A stretch of 64,000 nucleotides of DNA from Dehalococcoidia bacterium (GTDB taxonomy: Bacteria; Chloroflexota; Dehalococcoidia; GIF9; UBA5629). The DNA lies in NCBI GenBank assembly GCA_050011565.1, contig JBEKIW010000001.1, positions 352,001 through 416,000 on the forward strand, read 5' to 3'. Both the position numbers and the translations under genes were made by a program. Position 1 is the first letter of the stretch, and every line of letters starts with the position of its first letter. Below, piece by piece: positions 9,807 through 19,407 of the stretch. The notes beneath the pieces were generated by a model. It searched no databases. It saw only the letters and a program-made list of their open reading frames with translations, and was not told the DNA's origin.

Positions 9807-10385
9807 TTATCTTTTCCTGTCCAGCTTAGTTATCTCATAGGTCTTTTCAATGGCGGCGAGGTTAATGTCTATGGCGCTATTAGAAAATCTTTCCCTTATT
9901 ACCTTTTCAATGCTAGGCATGTCCACTATTTGGGTAGCATAGGCAAAAGCGCCTAACATAGCCGTATTCACCATCGGCAGCCCGCCGACCATAAGCCCAA
10001 GTTCCCGGCATACCTTGGTGGCGTCGGCAGCAGCGATGTTAAAGTCGCCTTTGATTTTCAGCTCCTTGGGATGCAGCCAGGAATTGACTATCAGCCATCC
10101 ATCGCTGCTCAGTCCGCTTATTACCTCTTCGTATTTAAGCAGAGACTGGTCTAGAACCACAACAGCACTTGGATTTTCTACTTGCGAGACTACCGCAATG
10201 GATTCTGTGGAAATCCGGGTCAGGGCGCTTACCGGTACGCCTCTTCTTTCAGCGCCAAAAGATGGCGCTGCGGTTACACCTTGGTATCCTTTAAAGTATG
10301 CCGCCTGAGCAATTATCTTGGCGGCTGTTACAGCTCCCTGTCCACCCCGGCCATGCCATCTAATCTCATATAGCTTTACGGTCAC
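9807..10385 (-). CDS. porC: 2-oxoacid:ferredoxin oxidoreductase gamma subunit
   Basis: EIRWHGRGGQGAVTAA, FGAERRG.PV, NTAMLGA. Confidence 0.92.
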   Translation of the reverse strand: MTVKLYEIRWHGRGGQGAVTAAKIIAQAAYFKGYQGVTAAPSFGAERRGVPVSALTRISTESIAVVSQVENPSAVVVLDQSLLKYEEVISGLSSDGWLIVNSWLHPKELKIKGDFNIAAADATKVCRELGLMVGGLPMVNTAMLGAFAYATQIVDMPSIEKVIRERFSNSAIDINLAAIEKTYEITKLDRKR

Positions 10386-10441
10386 AGGGATTTCTTCGGC
10401 CTTTCCAGTCCATTTATATATTTTGAGGCGAACAAGGATAT

Positions 10442-10471
10442 ATGTTAGCTCTCGGCACTTGCGTGTGTCAA
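10442..10471 (-). promoter_or_regulatory. Putative sigma70 promoter of the por operon
   Basis: TTGACA-N18-TAACAT on the minus strand, upstream of porC. Confidence 0.5.
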
Positions 10472-10502
10472 ACAGATATAAATAGATATTCGTTACGCCA
10501 GA

Positions 10503-11282
10503 CTACTTTCCTAAAACTATGCCTGCAGGGTCTATTTCCTGGCGCAATATTCTCAAGTCCTTATCAGGCGGTTCGGGGCTGGTTTTAATCCCGGCTGGCA
10601 AAATAATTTCGAATTGACTGTTCTCCCTTACTTCATCAACGCTGACTCCGGGATGCAACGAGATTAGCTTGAGCCTTTTCGTTTTTTCGTCAAAGCCATA
10701 CAAGCCTAACTGCGTGATGACTCTGTACGGGCCGGTGCCCTCAGGCAATCCTGCTTTCTCTCTGGCATTCGGGCCGTCAAGAAATCCGGGTGTCGTCAGG
10801 AAATCGAGCTTGTCCACGAATGTTCTCTTTGATTGTTTGGCAATAATAATAATGAGCCTGTGGGCAAAAGACGCTACATCATTGGCGCCGCCGCTGCCGG
10901 GCAGGCGGCTTTTGGGCAGGTCATGGTCGCCTATAACCGTAGTGTTGATGTTTCCGTACATATCCATCTGGGCCGCGCCGAGGAATCCAAAATCAATATA
11001 TCCTGCTTGTGAGAGAGACATGGTATCGTGCATGCTGGAAGCAGCTACAGCTTTATAGAAGGTTCTAGATTCACCCACTGAAACAGGCAGTTCAGGCAGC
11101 AAAGGTCCTAATCCGCCGGCTTCAAATACGATAACCAGTTTGGGAGCATGAGTTTTTTGGGCTAACATGGCAGCTATTATGGGGAATCCGGTGCCCACGA
11201 AGACAGTTTTCTTGTCTTCCAGTAAGCTGGCGCCGGTAAAAGCTAAGAACTCTCTGGTGTTATATCTATCTTCTGTAAGCAT
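10503..11282 (-). CDS. CoA-transferase beta subunit (glutaconate/3-oxoadipate CoA-transferase type)
   Basis: FVGTGFP, catalytic Glu in VFEAG, GFLGAAQMD.YGNINTT, RLPGSGGAND. Confidence 0.9.
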   Translation of the reverse strand: MLTEDRYNTREFLAFTGASLLEDKKTVFVGTGFPIIAAMLAQKTHAPKLVIVFEAGGLGPLLPELPVSVGESRTFYKAVAASSMHDTMSLSQAGYIDFGFLGAAQMDMYGNINTTVIGDHDLPKSRLPGSGGANDVASFAHRLIIIIAKQSKRTFVDKLDFLTTPGFLDGPNAREKAGLPEGTGPYRVITQLGLYGFDEKTKRLKLISLHPGVSVDEVRENSQFEIILPAGIKTSPEPPDKDLRILRQEIDPAGIVLGK

Positions 11283-11322
11283 ATTGGGTGTAAATCCCCC
11301 TTTATTTATGAGAATTCCATAT

Positions 11323-12333
11323 CTATTTCCGCCACGGAGCCACCATCGGCTCCTTGAGAAATTCTCTCCTTTTCAGGTAGGTTAACTTTTTTGTGCCGCC
11401 GCAAAGTTTCAGATAATCATCGAAAGATTCGACACCGAACACGAATTTGTTCAAATATTCATCGACACCTTCCTGAGTTTTGGATAGATTCAGCCACTCA
11501 GCTATATGCTCCTCATCGTAATAGTACATACCGGGCATTTCACAGGGATGTGAGCCGTAAGGGACTTTAACAACAGCATCTACTACCAGAAAAGGTATGA
11601 CTGTCTTCCAGGGTTCTTTTCTGATGATTTCATTGTCGATGATTTCTTCGGTGGTTATTATTAACCTTCGTGCACATCTGGAAAGTTCGAAGTCCTCAAC
11701 GAGGATAGCATCTATTTGGGCGTTGCCATAGATGTCGCAACGGTGGACATGAATAAAAGCTACATCCGGGTAAACCGCCGGAATTAAATTTATCGGTTTG
11801 CCACTGAACGGGTCTTTGACCACTTTGCAGGAGCTGTAATCACCGGTGTCGGTACCCAGTAAGTTGCGACTTGGGATAAACGGTATACCCATCATACCGG
11901 CCAGGAATCGCCATTGATATCCGGCATTTCTGGTTTCGGCAACCACTTTACATTGCCCATTTTCTACCATTCTCTTGGAGGCAGGGGATAGCCCTCTGAG
12001 TTCATGGCCAAAGCAATAGGCTACCTCCGCTCTATTTACACAACCCGAACCTACCAGAATATCGATATCGTGAACAGCCGTTTTACCGGCCATAGCCAAA
12101 TTGCGTTTCTTTTGCCTGATAATTTCATAGACAATGGCCATGGATACCCTTACGTGGCCAAAACCGCCGCTGGCGATGAAATCTCCGTCATGGACAAATC
12201 TTGATACCGCTTCCTTGACTGACATTGCTTTATCCTTCAGTTCGCGTGACTTGTTTTGGAGCACCCAGTCCCTTGCCTCGTCGGGGTCGTGCCAGCCCAG
12301 TAGCTCCCCTCTGCCTTCCTTTAAGACTTCCAT
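11323..12333 (-). CDS. CoA-transferase alpha subunit (glutaconate CoA-transferase type)
   Basis: GDFIASGGF, G.MGIPFIP, DPFSG, PDVAFIHV.RCD.YGN, P.GSHP. ATG at 12333 follows an AAGGAGG SD. Confidence 0.9.
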   Translation of the reverse strand: MEVLKEGRGELLGWHDPDEARDWVLQNKSRELKDKAMSVKEAVSRFVHDGDFIASGGFGHVRVSMAIVYEIIRQKKRNLAMAGKTAVHDIDILVGSGCVNRAEVAYCFGHELRGLSPASKRMVENGQCKVVAETRNAGYQWRFLAGMMGIPFIPSRNLLGTDTGDYSSCKVVKDPFSGKPINLIPAVYPDVAFIHVHRCDIYGNAQIDAILVEDFELSRCARRLIITTEEIIDNEIIRKEPWKTVIPFLVVDAVVKVPYGSHPCEMPGMYYYDEEHIAEWLNLSKTQEGVDEYLNKFVFGVESFDDYLKLCGGTKKLTYLKRREFLKEPMVAPWRK

Positions 12334-12413
12334 ACCGAGAACCTCCTTTGACACAAACTAGCAACCTAACTGTAAGTGTCTAGTTTGAGTGGTTTACGTG
12401 AAAAATTCCTGTT

Positions 12414-14981
12414 TCAGCTTATTGAAATCATTGAGCCGTTGGCTGTCTTGGTCACATTTATGAGCGTATCGAACTTGTCCTTCATTTCTTCAAGGTGTGT
12501 AATAACGATTATCTTCTCGAAGTCATCCTGGATGGAGTTTATGGCTTCGATGAGTTTTTCCCTGGCTGAACTATCCTGAGTGCCGAAGCCTTCATCGATA
12601 ATCAGTATGGGAAGGGAGGCACCGGCTCTCCTGACCAGCAACATGGAAAGAGCGATACGGAGGGCAAGGTCTATACGAAAGGCCTCTCCGCCGCTATACA
12701 TTTCGTAGTTGCGAGTGCCCAGTTCATCGGCGATCTTGATATCTAGAGTCTCAATGGTATCACCCTTTCTTGTTTCCCGCTGGCTTTCCAGTCTTAGTGA
12801 CATCCTGTTGTCGGTCATCTTGGCCAACAGGCGATTGGCCTCTATCTCAATTTCGGGAAGCGCTTGCTCGATAAGCAGTGCCTGAATACCCTTTTTACTG
12901 AAAGCCTCAGCTAATTCTTTATAAATGCTTTCCTCGTTTAAAGCTTCTTGCAAGAGCTTTGCTTTTTCTTGCTTGTTTACTTCCAGTTCAGCCAGCTGCC
13001 GCAATCTTTCTTGCAAAGCAACTAAGCTATCGCGTACCTGTCGCTCTTTTTGAAGCGAAGCCTGGCGAGCCTCTTCTTCTTTAGTCAACTTATCAATTAT
13101 ACCGGGGAGGGAAAGAAGCTCAGCACTCAAATTTTCTCGCTTCTTCAAATCTGCCGTTATTGTTTTCTGTAGACTGGAAATAGTCTCCTCAGCCTCGGCC
13201 AAGGCAGACTTTTCCTTATCAATATTTTTAATGGCTTCATCTAGCTCCCGCTGCAGGCTTTCATATCTTTGTAGTTCTGCTAGTTGCTGCTGTATCTTCT
13301 CATGCTTTTCTTTACTGTATCCGAGCTTTCGCTCTTCATTTTCTAACTGGGCTAGTGTCTGCTGCTCATAAACAGCATAATCTTTTTTGGCCATGAGCTG
13401 CTCAAGTTCCTCCAGTCTGGCTCGTTCTTGAGACAGTTCATTACCGACTTTTCTGGCTTCAGCAAGCTCTTTTTCAATGATACTCAGCTGGCTGTGCCGG
13501 TCAGCTCTCTCTTTGTTCAGTTCTGATTCTAGTTCAATCAATTCGTTTTCGAGCGCCTCGAGTTTTGTCTGTTTTTTACTTAGCTCCTCGTCGTTCTTTT
13601 GCCGAGTCTTGATTTTATATTGGACTTCAGCGGTGAGTTTGGCTTGTATTTGCCGTCGCCCATCTATTCCAAGCTCGGTCTCACACAAAGGACAACGGAC
13701 ATCAGTTCCCGTCAGCAACTTGAGTTTCTCATTCAAACCTGCAATTTCCTGGGCTAATTGCATATTGGTAGACTCCAGGTAACTGATTCGGGAAGCAGTC
13801 TGCTGCATTTGTTTTCGCTTTTTGGCGACTATTTCCTGTTGCTTTGACAGTTCAAGCATATGCTTGCGCGCTTGCGTTAGCGATTCTTCCAGCTGGGTCG
13901 TTTTGGCGAATTTAGCTTCATTCTCTGCGTACTTGGCTTGAATTACTTTGTGCTCGATAGTGAGTGCCTGAGCAGCCTTTTTTATAGCCTGGTCTAAATC
14001 CCTTATGCGCTCTCTCAATGCGAATAACTGACTTAGTTTCTGGTTGAATTCGTCATTAAATGTTTTGACTTCCTTAAATTCAGAGTAGCCCTTTTCTATA
14101 GCTGCTTTTTCTGCCAACACCAGTTCATATTCCGTTATTCTGGCTTTATATTCCTTAGTTTTCGCCTCCCGGCGTTCCAGTTCCTTTTTAGTTTCGTTCA
14201 GGCGAATCTCAGTATTTGATAACTGCTCCTTTTTAATCTCTAAAGCCGCTTTTTGGCTGCGCAGGCTGGAAATATCCGCCTCTTCGGACGTTCTTCTATC
14301 TTCCAGCTGGCTAATTTCGTTCTGGATTTTACTAATTTCATCTTCGTACTTAGCCCGGTTGACCAGCTGGAGTTCGATATCGGAGATAGCAACCTCGAGT
14401 CTTTCGGCTTCTGTCCTTCTTTTGCCGGACTGCTCCTTGGCTCTACTCTCCAGTTCATCATAGTGAGACAAACCCAGAATATTGGCCAGTATCTCTTTAC
14501 GTTCTCCGGGACGCTTTATACTGAATTCGTCAGCGTGTCCCTGCCGGAGGAAGGCGCTATTCTTGAATGTCTCGTAGTCCAGATTTAGAACGTCAATAAT
14601 CTTCTGCTGGGTTTCCAGTAGCGAATTACCGGAAATAGGTCTAAAAGCCCCATTGCCAGCTATTTGAAGTTCTAGGACAGTCTGTCCGGCACGTGCTTTG
14701 CTGGGTTTCATAGCGTGTTTGCGAAGAACTCGATATCTCTGCTCACCGGAGATGAACTCCAGCTCAATCTCCATCTCGGATTGCCCTGAGTGAATCAGGT
14801 CATCATCGTTCCTGGCACGGGATTTGCCCCACAGTGCCCAGGTTATGGCGTCGAAAATTGCCGATTTGCCATTGCCGTTATCGCCGCAAAGGCAGGCTAT
14901 GCGTATGCCTTCGAAAGACAACGGTGGTACATTGTCTCGGTAGCACATGAAGTTTTTGAGCGCCAGTCTGACAGGAATCAT
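12414..14981 (-). CDS. sbcC: SbcC/Rad50-like SMC-family ATPase
   Basis: Start MIPVRLALKNF (ATG 14981). Walker A GDNGNGKS, Q-loop LRQG, central CPLC Zn hook in a long coiled coil, signature YSGGE, Walker B ILIIDEG, H-loop VITH. Confidence 0.9.
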   Translation of the reverse strand: MIPVRLALKNFMCYRDNVPPLSFEGIRIACLCGDNGNGKSAIFDAITWALWGKSRARNDDDLIHSGQSEMEIELEFISGEQRYRVLRKHAMKPSKARAGQTVLELQIAGNGAFRPISGNSLLETQQKIIDVLNLDYETFKNSAFLRQGHADEFSIKRPGERKEILANILGLSHYDELESRAKEQSGKRRTEAERLEVAISDIELQLVNRAKYEDEISKIQNEISQLEDRRTSEEADISSLRSQKAALEIKKEQLSNTEIRLNETKKELERREAKTKEYKARITEYELVLAEKAAIEKGYSEFKEVKTFNDEFNQKLSQLFALRERIRDLDQAIKKAAQALTIEHKVIQAKYAENEAKFAKTTQLEESLTQARKHMLELSKQQEIVAKKRKQMQQTASRISYLESTNMQLAQEIAGLNEKLKLLTGTDVRCPLCETELGIDGRRQIQAKLTAEVQYKIKTRQKNDEELSKKQTKLEALENELIELESELNKERADRHSQLSIIEKELAEARKVGNELSQERARLEELEQLMAKKDYAVYEQQTLAQLENEERKLGYSKEKHEKIQQQLAELQRYESLQRELDEAIKNIDKEKSALAEAEETISSLQKTITADLKKRENLSAELLSLPGIIDKLTKEEEARQASLQKERQVRDSLVALQERLRQLAELEVNKQEKAKLLQEALNEESIYKELAEAFSKKGIQALLIEQALPEIEIEANRLLAKMTDNRMSLRLESQRETRKGDTIETLDIKIADELGTRNYEMYSGGEAFRIDLALRIALSMLLVRRAGASLPILIIDEGFGTQDSSAREKLIEAINSIQDDFEKIIVITHLEEMKDKFDTLINVTKTANGSMISIS

Positions 14982-14997
14982 GTTGCTGTATGAGTAG

Positions 14998-15762
14998 TTA
15001 GAAATCCAAGTCATCTTCTCTGGGGGCGAATTTGGCTGCCTCTTCTTTACTGGGACAAATTTCAAGAAAATCGCAGTTCCAGCAGTAGACGTTTGGTGTA
15101 GCTGAGTATTCTTTCTCCTGGCGTATCCTATCAACCATGTCGATTACATAGGAAGTAGCTTGTGCCAAATCTTCAGCGGTCAGCTCAATGGTCTGGAATT
15201 TGCCGACCTCCAGATAAAGATAGGAGGCCTTATTGACCGGCAAGTCCTGTTTCCGGGAGAGAATAAGGGCATAAATATGGAGTTGAAGCTGATTTATTTC
15301 AGCGGGCATCTTGCCGGTCTTATAGTCGACGATGTGTAGACTGTCATCGGATTCTTTGTCAACCCGGTCTATTCTGCCTTTTAAGAGTATGTTGGCTGTA
15401 AGTTCAGCACGGTGATTATTTTCTATCATAAATGGCGTAACAGATATATCTACATTCTTAGCAAACCAACGCAGTTGATTGAGAGCTTTTTCACCCCATC
15501 TTTTCTCATCCTCTTTGTTATTGAACCCTTTTCGGTTGCGTCGCCATTTCTCTCGCAGCAAATCCTCGACTTTGAGTAGATTTCGTTCGCTAACCGGGAC
15601 TATGGATAGGAAATCTTTGAGCGTAGCGTGGACATGGTCGCCCATGGTGAAATATGGCCGGGCTTTTCTGTAAATGTCACCTAGATGGTCGATGTACTGA
15701 AACTTATACTGCATCGGGCACTGCTGAAACATATTCAGGCTAAAAGGTGAAGCTTCAAACAT
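14998..15762 (-). CDS. PD-(D/E)XK nuclease, RecB/AddB/Cas4-like, with a predicted [4Fe-4S] staple
   Basis: S...F.QCP..Y, G..VH, GRIDRVD, IVDYKTG, QL.IYA, and C-terminal CWNCDF...CP. Confidence 0.88.
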   Translation of the reverse strand: MFEASPFSLNMFQQCPMQYKFQYIDHLGDIYRKARPYFTMGDHVHATLKDFLSIVPVSERNLLKVEDLLREKWRRNRKGFNNKEDEKRWGEKALNQLRWFAKNVDISVTPFMIENNHRAELTANILLKGRIDRVDKESDDSLHIVDYKTGKMPAEINQLQLHIYALILSRKQDLPVNKASYLYLEVGKFQTIELTAEDLAQATSYVIDMVDRIRQEKEYSATPNVYCWNCDFLEICPSKEEAAKFAPREDDLDF

Positions 15763-15817
15763 TTTTATATCTGCTGACGTAGATTTTGCGTTTCAGGCTG
15801 ACTCTATTTTATCATAA

Positions 15818-15846
15818 TTGACTGCACGGACTGCCATGGGTAGAAT
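15818..15846 (+). promoter_or_regulatory. Putative sigma70 promoter of ffh
   Basis: TTGACT-N17-TAGAAT, 14 nt upstream of the ATG. Confidence 0.6.
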
Positions 15847-15860
15847 GCTATAGGTGGCTT

Positions 15861-17192
15861 ATGTTTGAAGTTCTGACACAAAAGCTGAGCAAGGTATTCA
15901 GTAGCCTTGGCAGTAAGGGGAGGCTTAGCGAGAAAGATATTGACGAAGCTTTGCGGCAGATTCGCCTGGCTCTCCTGGAAGCAGACGTTAACTTCAAGGT
16001 GGTAAAGAGTTTTTTAGTTAATTTGAAAGAGCAGGCTCTAACCGCCAAAGTATTGGAAAGCCTTACCCCCGCTCAGCAAATCGTTAAAATTGTCAATGAA
16101 GAACTCGTAAATATCTTAGGCAAAGAACGCAATTCACTTATTGTCGCTGGTCACCCGCCCTCAATCGCTATGCTTGTTGGTTTACAGGGTTCGGGAAAGA
16201 CGACTACGGCAGCCAAGCTAGCCCAGCTTCTTAAAAGCTCCGGACAACGTCCTTTACTGGTAGCTGCTGATACTAGACGCCCGGCTGCCATCGACCAGTT
16301 GATAACGCTAGGCAAGCAGCTTGACATACCGGTTTCAAGCGATGATGCGAAGGTGGGACCGCTGGCTATTTGTCGCCAGTCTCTGAAACAGGCTCGCGAA
16401 ATGGGGGCTACCTGGGTAATTATTGATACTCAGGGGCGTTTACATGTCGACGAAGCAATGATGAAGGAACTGGTGAAGTTGAAAGCTGAATTTCACCCTT
16501 CGGAGGTGCTGTTGGTAGTTGATGCAATGACCGGTCAGGACGCGGTAAACACCGCTGAAGAGTTCAACAGGAATGTTGGTTTGACCGGGCTTATTTTAAC
16601 CAAGATGGATGGTGATGCTCGCGGCGGTGCAGCTCTTTCTATCAAGTTTGTCACTGGTGTGCCGGTGAAATTCATTGGCACCGGGGAAAAAGCAAATGCT
16701 ATTGAGCCTTTTTATCCGGAACGCTTAGCTTCTCGCATTTTAGGTATGGGAGATATGCTTACTCTCATCGAGAAGGCAGAAGAGGCTTTTGATGAGCAGC
16801 GCGCTAAGCAACTCGAGAAAAAGATGCGCACTGCAGAACTCAATCTTGAGGACTTTCTGCTTCAGTTGCGTCAGATTAAGAAGATGGGGTCATTAAGCCA
16901 ATTGGTTGAATTGCTGCCTGGTTTTTCGAAGCTGGCCTCCAGCATTCCCCAAAGCGGCGGTGAAGAGCAGTTGCGAAAAATTGAGTCTATTATCCTGTCC
17001 ATGACCGCAGACGAACGCCGTAACCCGGCTATTATTGGTGGCAGCCGGCGGCGGCGCATCGCAAAGGGCAGCGGAACCATGCCCGGCGATGTAAATCAAT
17101 TGCTCAATCAGTTTTATCAGATGCGAAAGCTGGCTAAGATGGCAGCCACAGGGAAGTTGCCGAAAAATTTGATGGATACATTGAGGCGATAA
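15861..17192 (+). CDS. ffh: Signal recognition particle protein Ffh
   Basis: ALLEADV, GLQGSGKTT, TKMDGDARGGAALS, RILGMGD, M domain SRRRRIA.GSG. Confidence 0.97.
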   Translation: MFEVLTQKLSKVFSSLGSKGRLSEKDIDEALRQIRLALLEADVNFKVVKSFLVNLKEQALTAKVLESLTPAQQIVKIVNEELVNILGKERNSLIVAGHPPSIAMLVGLQGSGKTTTAAKLAQLLKSSGQRPLLVAADTRRPAAIDQLITLGKQLDIPVSSDDAKVGPLAICRQSLKQAREMGATWVIIDTQGRLHVDEAMMKELVKLKAEFHPSEVLLVVDAMTGQDAVNTAEEFNRNVGLTGLILTKMDGDARGGAALSIKFVTGVPVKFIGTGEKANAIEPFYPERLASRILGMGDMLTLIEKAEEAFDEQRAKQLEKKMRTAELNLEDFLLQLRQIKKMGSLSQLVELLPGFSKLASSIPQSGGEEQLRKIESIILSMTADERRNPAIIGGSRRRRIAKGSGTMPGDVNQLLNQFYQMRKLAKMAATGKLPKNLMDTLRR

Positions 17193-17200
17193 GCAGCTTG

Positions 17201-17803
17201 TTACTCGCCGGTTTTTGTGGTCCCGGTAATTGTAAGTTGACGGTCTTTGATTTGAACGCTGGTTATATCTAGAGGTACATCGGCTAGCTGTAAGCTCACC
17301 ATAATGTTTGCTAATTGCTCTACTCTTGCTTTGGCTGATTCAGGCAAGGGCAATTTACCCAGATTGAACTCGTCTACTGCTATTTTTGGCTTGCCGTCCA
17401 CAATCTCTATTCGTCCGATTGTCCCAGTCTTAGCATCGATTACGGGTGCGTCCAGCACAGCGTAGGTCAGAAAATAGCCATCGCCGAAGTTAATAAGTAT
17501 CCGTTTCAAAGGCAATTGGCCCTCGGCCAGCATTTGTACCAGCTTAGAATTGGCTTCGTTCTCAGTTATTACTAGGCTCACTTCTCTTTTTTCTCTGGCC
17601 TCAACGGCGGCCTTTATTTGGGTATCAGCAGACTTGAGTTTATCGTCGAAACTTTGAGCTGCATCGGCGGTTACCGCAACCGGTACGGCCCTTCCCAAAA
17701 TTGAAGGAGAAAGTGAATAAAGATAAAAGCCGGTGATGAGGGCAAGAATGACCAGAATTCCGATCACACCGATGGCCATAATTAATCCTTTAATTAATCT
17801 CAT
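17201..17803 (-). CDS. Membrane-anchored hypothetical protein, possibly LmeA/DUF2993/YpmS-like
   Basis: One N-terminal TM helix, GGAGG SD, and motifs ITENEAN, LGKLPLP, ITSVQI....LTITG. Confidence 0.6.
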   Translation of the reverse strand: MRLIKGLIMAIGVIGILVILALITGFYLYSLSPSILGRAVPVAVTADAAQSFDDKLKSADTQIKAAVEAREKREVSLVITENEANSKLVQMLAEGQLPLKRILINFGDGYFLTYAVLDAPVIDAKTGTIGRIEIVDGKPKIAVDEFNLGKLPLPESAKARVEQLANIMVSLQLADVPLDITSVQIKDRQLTITGTTKTGE

Positions 17804-17838
17804 CTAATTCCTCCTGGCAATTCTGATATTGCTTCAAG

Positions 17839-19407
17839 CTATTCCAGATAATCTTTAAGCTTTCGGCTTCGGCTTGGATGACGCAATTTTCGGAGCGCTT
17901 TAGCTTCGATTTGACGGATTCGCTCTCGCGTCACATTGAACTCTTTGCCTACTTCTTCTAAAGTTCGGGCTCGCCCATCTTCTAAACCGAATCTGAGCAA
18001 TATGACTCTTCTTTCTCTGTCAGTGAGTTCAGAGAGTATCTTGTTTAGTTGTGCCTTGAGCAATTCTTGGGAGGCGGCGTCGGCTGGCGGCGGAGTAGCT
18101 CGGTCCTCGATGAAGTCGCCCAGGTGACTATCTTCTTCTTCACCTATAGGCATCTCTAATGATATGGGCATTTGAGACAGTTTCAGTATTTCTCTTACTC
18201 TATCTGAAGATATTTCCATGCCCTTACCTATTTCCTCATAGCTGGGTTCACGACCGTATTCCTGAGCCAGCCGGCGGTTGACTTTCAACAATCGATTGAT
18301 AGTCTCTACCATGTGCACCGGGATACGGATGGTACGAGCCTGGTCGGCTATAGCTCGTGTAATCGCCTGCCTAATCCACCAGGTGGCATAGGTGCTGAAT
18401 TTATAGCCTTTTCTGTATTCGAATTTCTCTACTGCGCGAACTAAACCGATGTTCCCTTCCTGTATAAGGTCAAGCAGCGGCATACCGTGGCCTACATATT
18501 TCTTGGCGACGCTGACCACCAGGCGTAGATTTGCTTCGGTCAGGTGTCTCTCTGATTTTCTGGCTGTTCTCTTTACCCTAGTGAAATGGGCTTTAAATTG
18601 CTGAGCATGCGCGTTAAGCTGGGAGAGAAATTTGCGATTACCACGCCGACTAACCATGGCTTCTAATTGTTTCCACGTAGTTTTTTCTCCTATTACTTTG
18701 CGCAATTCTACCGGCAGTAGTCGGCTTACCGTGGAAAGGTCTGTCAGTCCCTGTTCAACCTCAGGGGCACTTTTACCTCTGGTCTTAGCTATGGTTTCCA
18801 CCAGTTCCGGGCTTACGTTGCCGTCAATAGCTTCACGCAGCGTTGGGTCACGAAGGCTCTTAAGGAAACTATCTGAAGCCGTCAGTTTATGTAATTTGAC
18901 GAGGCTGGTTATCAATGGCCGTGATGCGAGTAAATGGCGGATTAAATATATTATTGTGTCAACTACGGACGGATATTCGCCACGGCGTTGACGGTAGAGC
19001 TCTTCAATTTTCTGCAGGTATTTCGCTTCCTCTATTTTGCTGGCTAATGCCTTCTCATCATCCGCGGTGAGAAGTGAGACTTTGCCTATTTCATGAAGAT
19101 ACATGCGAACCGGGTCATCGATTGTTTCGTGCTCAACCGGCTCTATCTCGAGGTCCGGTTGGGCTTTATCCTCTTTCCTCTCTTTGCCCGACAATTCGTA
19201 TTCAAGTTCGGGAGCCCCTTCGTTCTCCCAGGGAAAGGTGATACCGGCACTATCTTTTTCTGATCCGTATTTGCTCAGGGTATCCCAGGTACTGTCGCGC
19301 TGAACAAGTCGTTGGCCGTCAACATCACGAATATCCTCGACGTTCAAATTCCTTTTTCCCTTCTTGGGAAAGTAGGACAGCAACTCATCATCTCTATTTG
19401 GAGTCAT
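17839..19407 (-). CDS. rpoD: RNA polymerase primary sigma factor
   Basis: Region 1.2 [11 protein letters not shown], 2.1-2.4 [40 protein letters not shown], 4.2 [21 protein letters not shown] overlap with dnaG. Confidence 0.96.
   Translation of the reverse strand: MTPNRDDELLSYFPKKGKRNLNVEDIRDVDGQRLVQRDSTWDTLSKYGSEKDSAGITFPWENEGAPELEYELSGKERKEDKAQPDLEIEPVEHETIDDPVRMYLHEIGKVSLLTADDEKALASKIEEAKYLQKIEELYRQRRGEYPSVVDTIIYLIRHLLASRPLITSLVKLHKLTASDSFLKSLRDPTLREAIDGNVSPELVETIAKTRGKSAPEVEQGLTDLSTVSRLLPVELRKVIGEKTTWKQLEAMVSRRGNRKFLSQLNAHAQQFKAHFTRVKRTARKSERHLTEANLRLVVSVAKKYVGHGMPLLDLIQEGNIGLVRAVEKFEYRKGYKFSTYATWWIRQAITRAIADQARTIRIPVHMVETINRLLKVNRRLAQEYGREPSYEEIGKGMEISSDRVREILKLSQMPISLEMPIGEEEDSHLGDFIEDRATPPPADAASQELLKAQLNKILSELTDRERRVILLRFGLEDGRARTLEEVGKEFNVTRERIRQIEAKALRKLRHPSRSRKLKDYLE

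Noticed and set aside
14982-15134. N-terminal extension of SbcC given in the ORF track
   Set aside because: It overlaps the nuclease gene; the Rad50-type N-terminus begins at ATG 14981.
14998-15762. Cas4 of a CRISPR-Cas locus
   Set aside because: No CRISPR array or other cas genes in the window.
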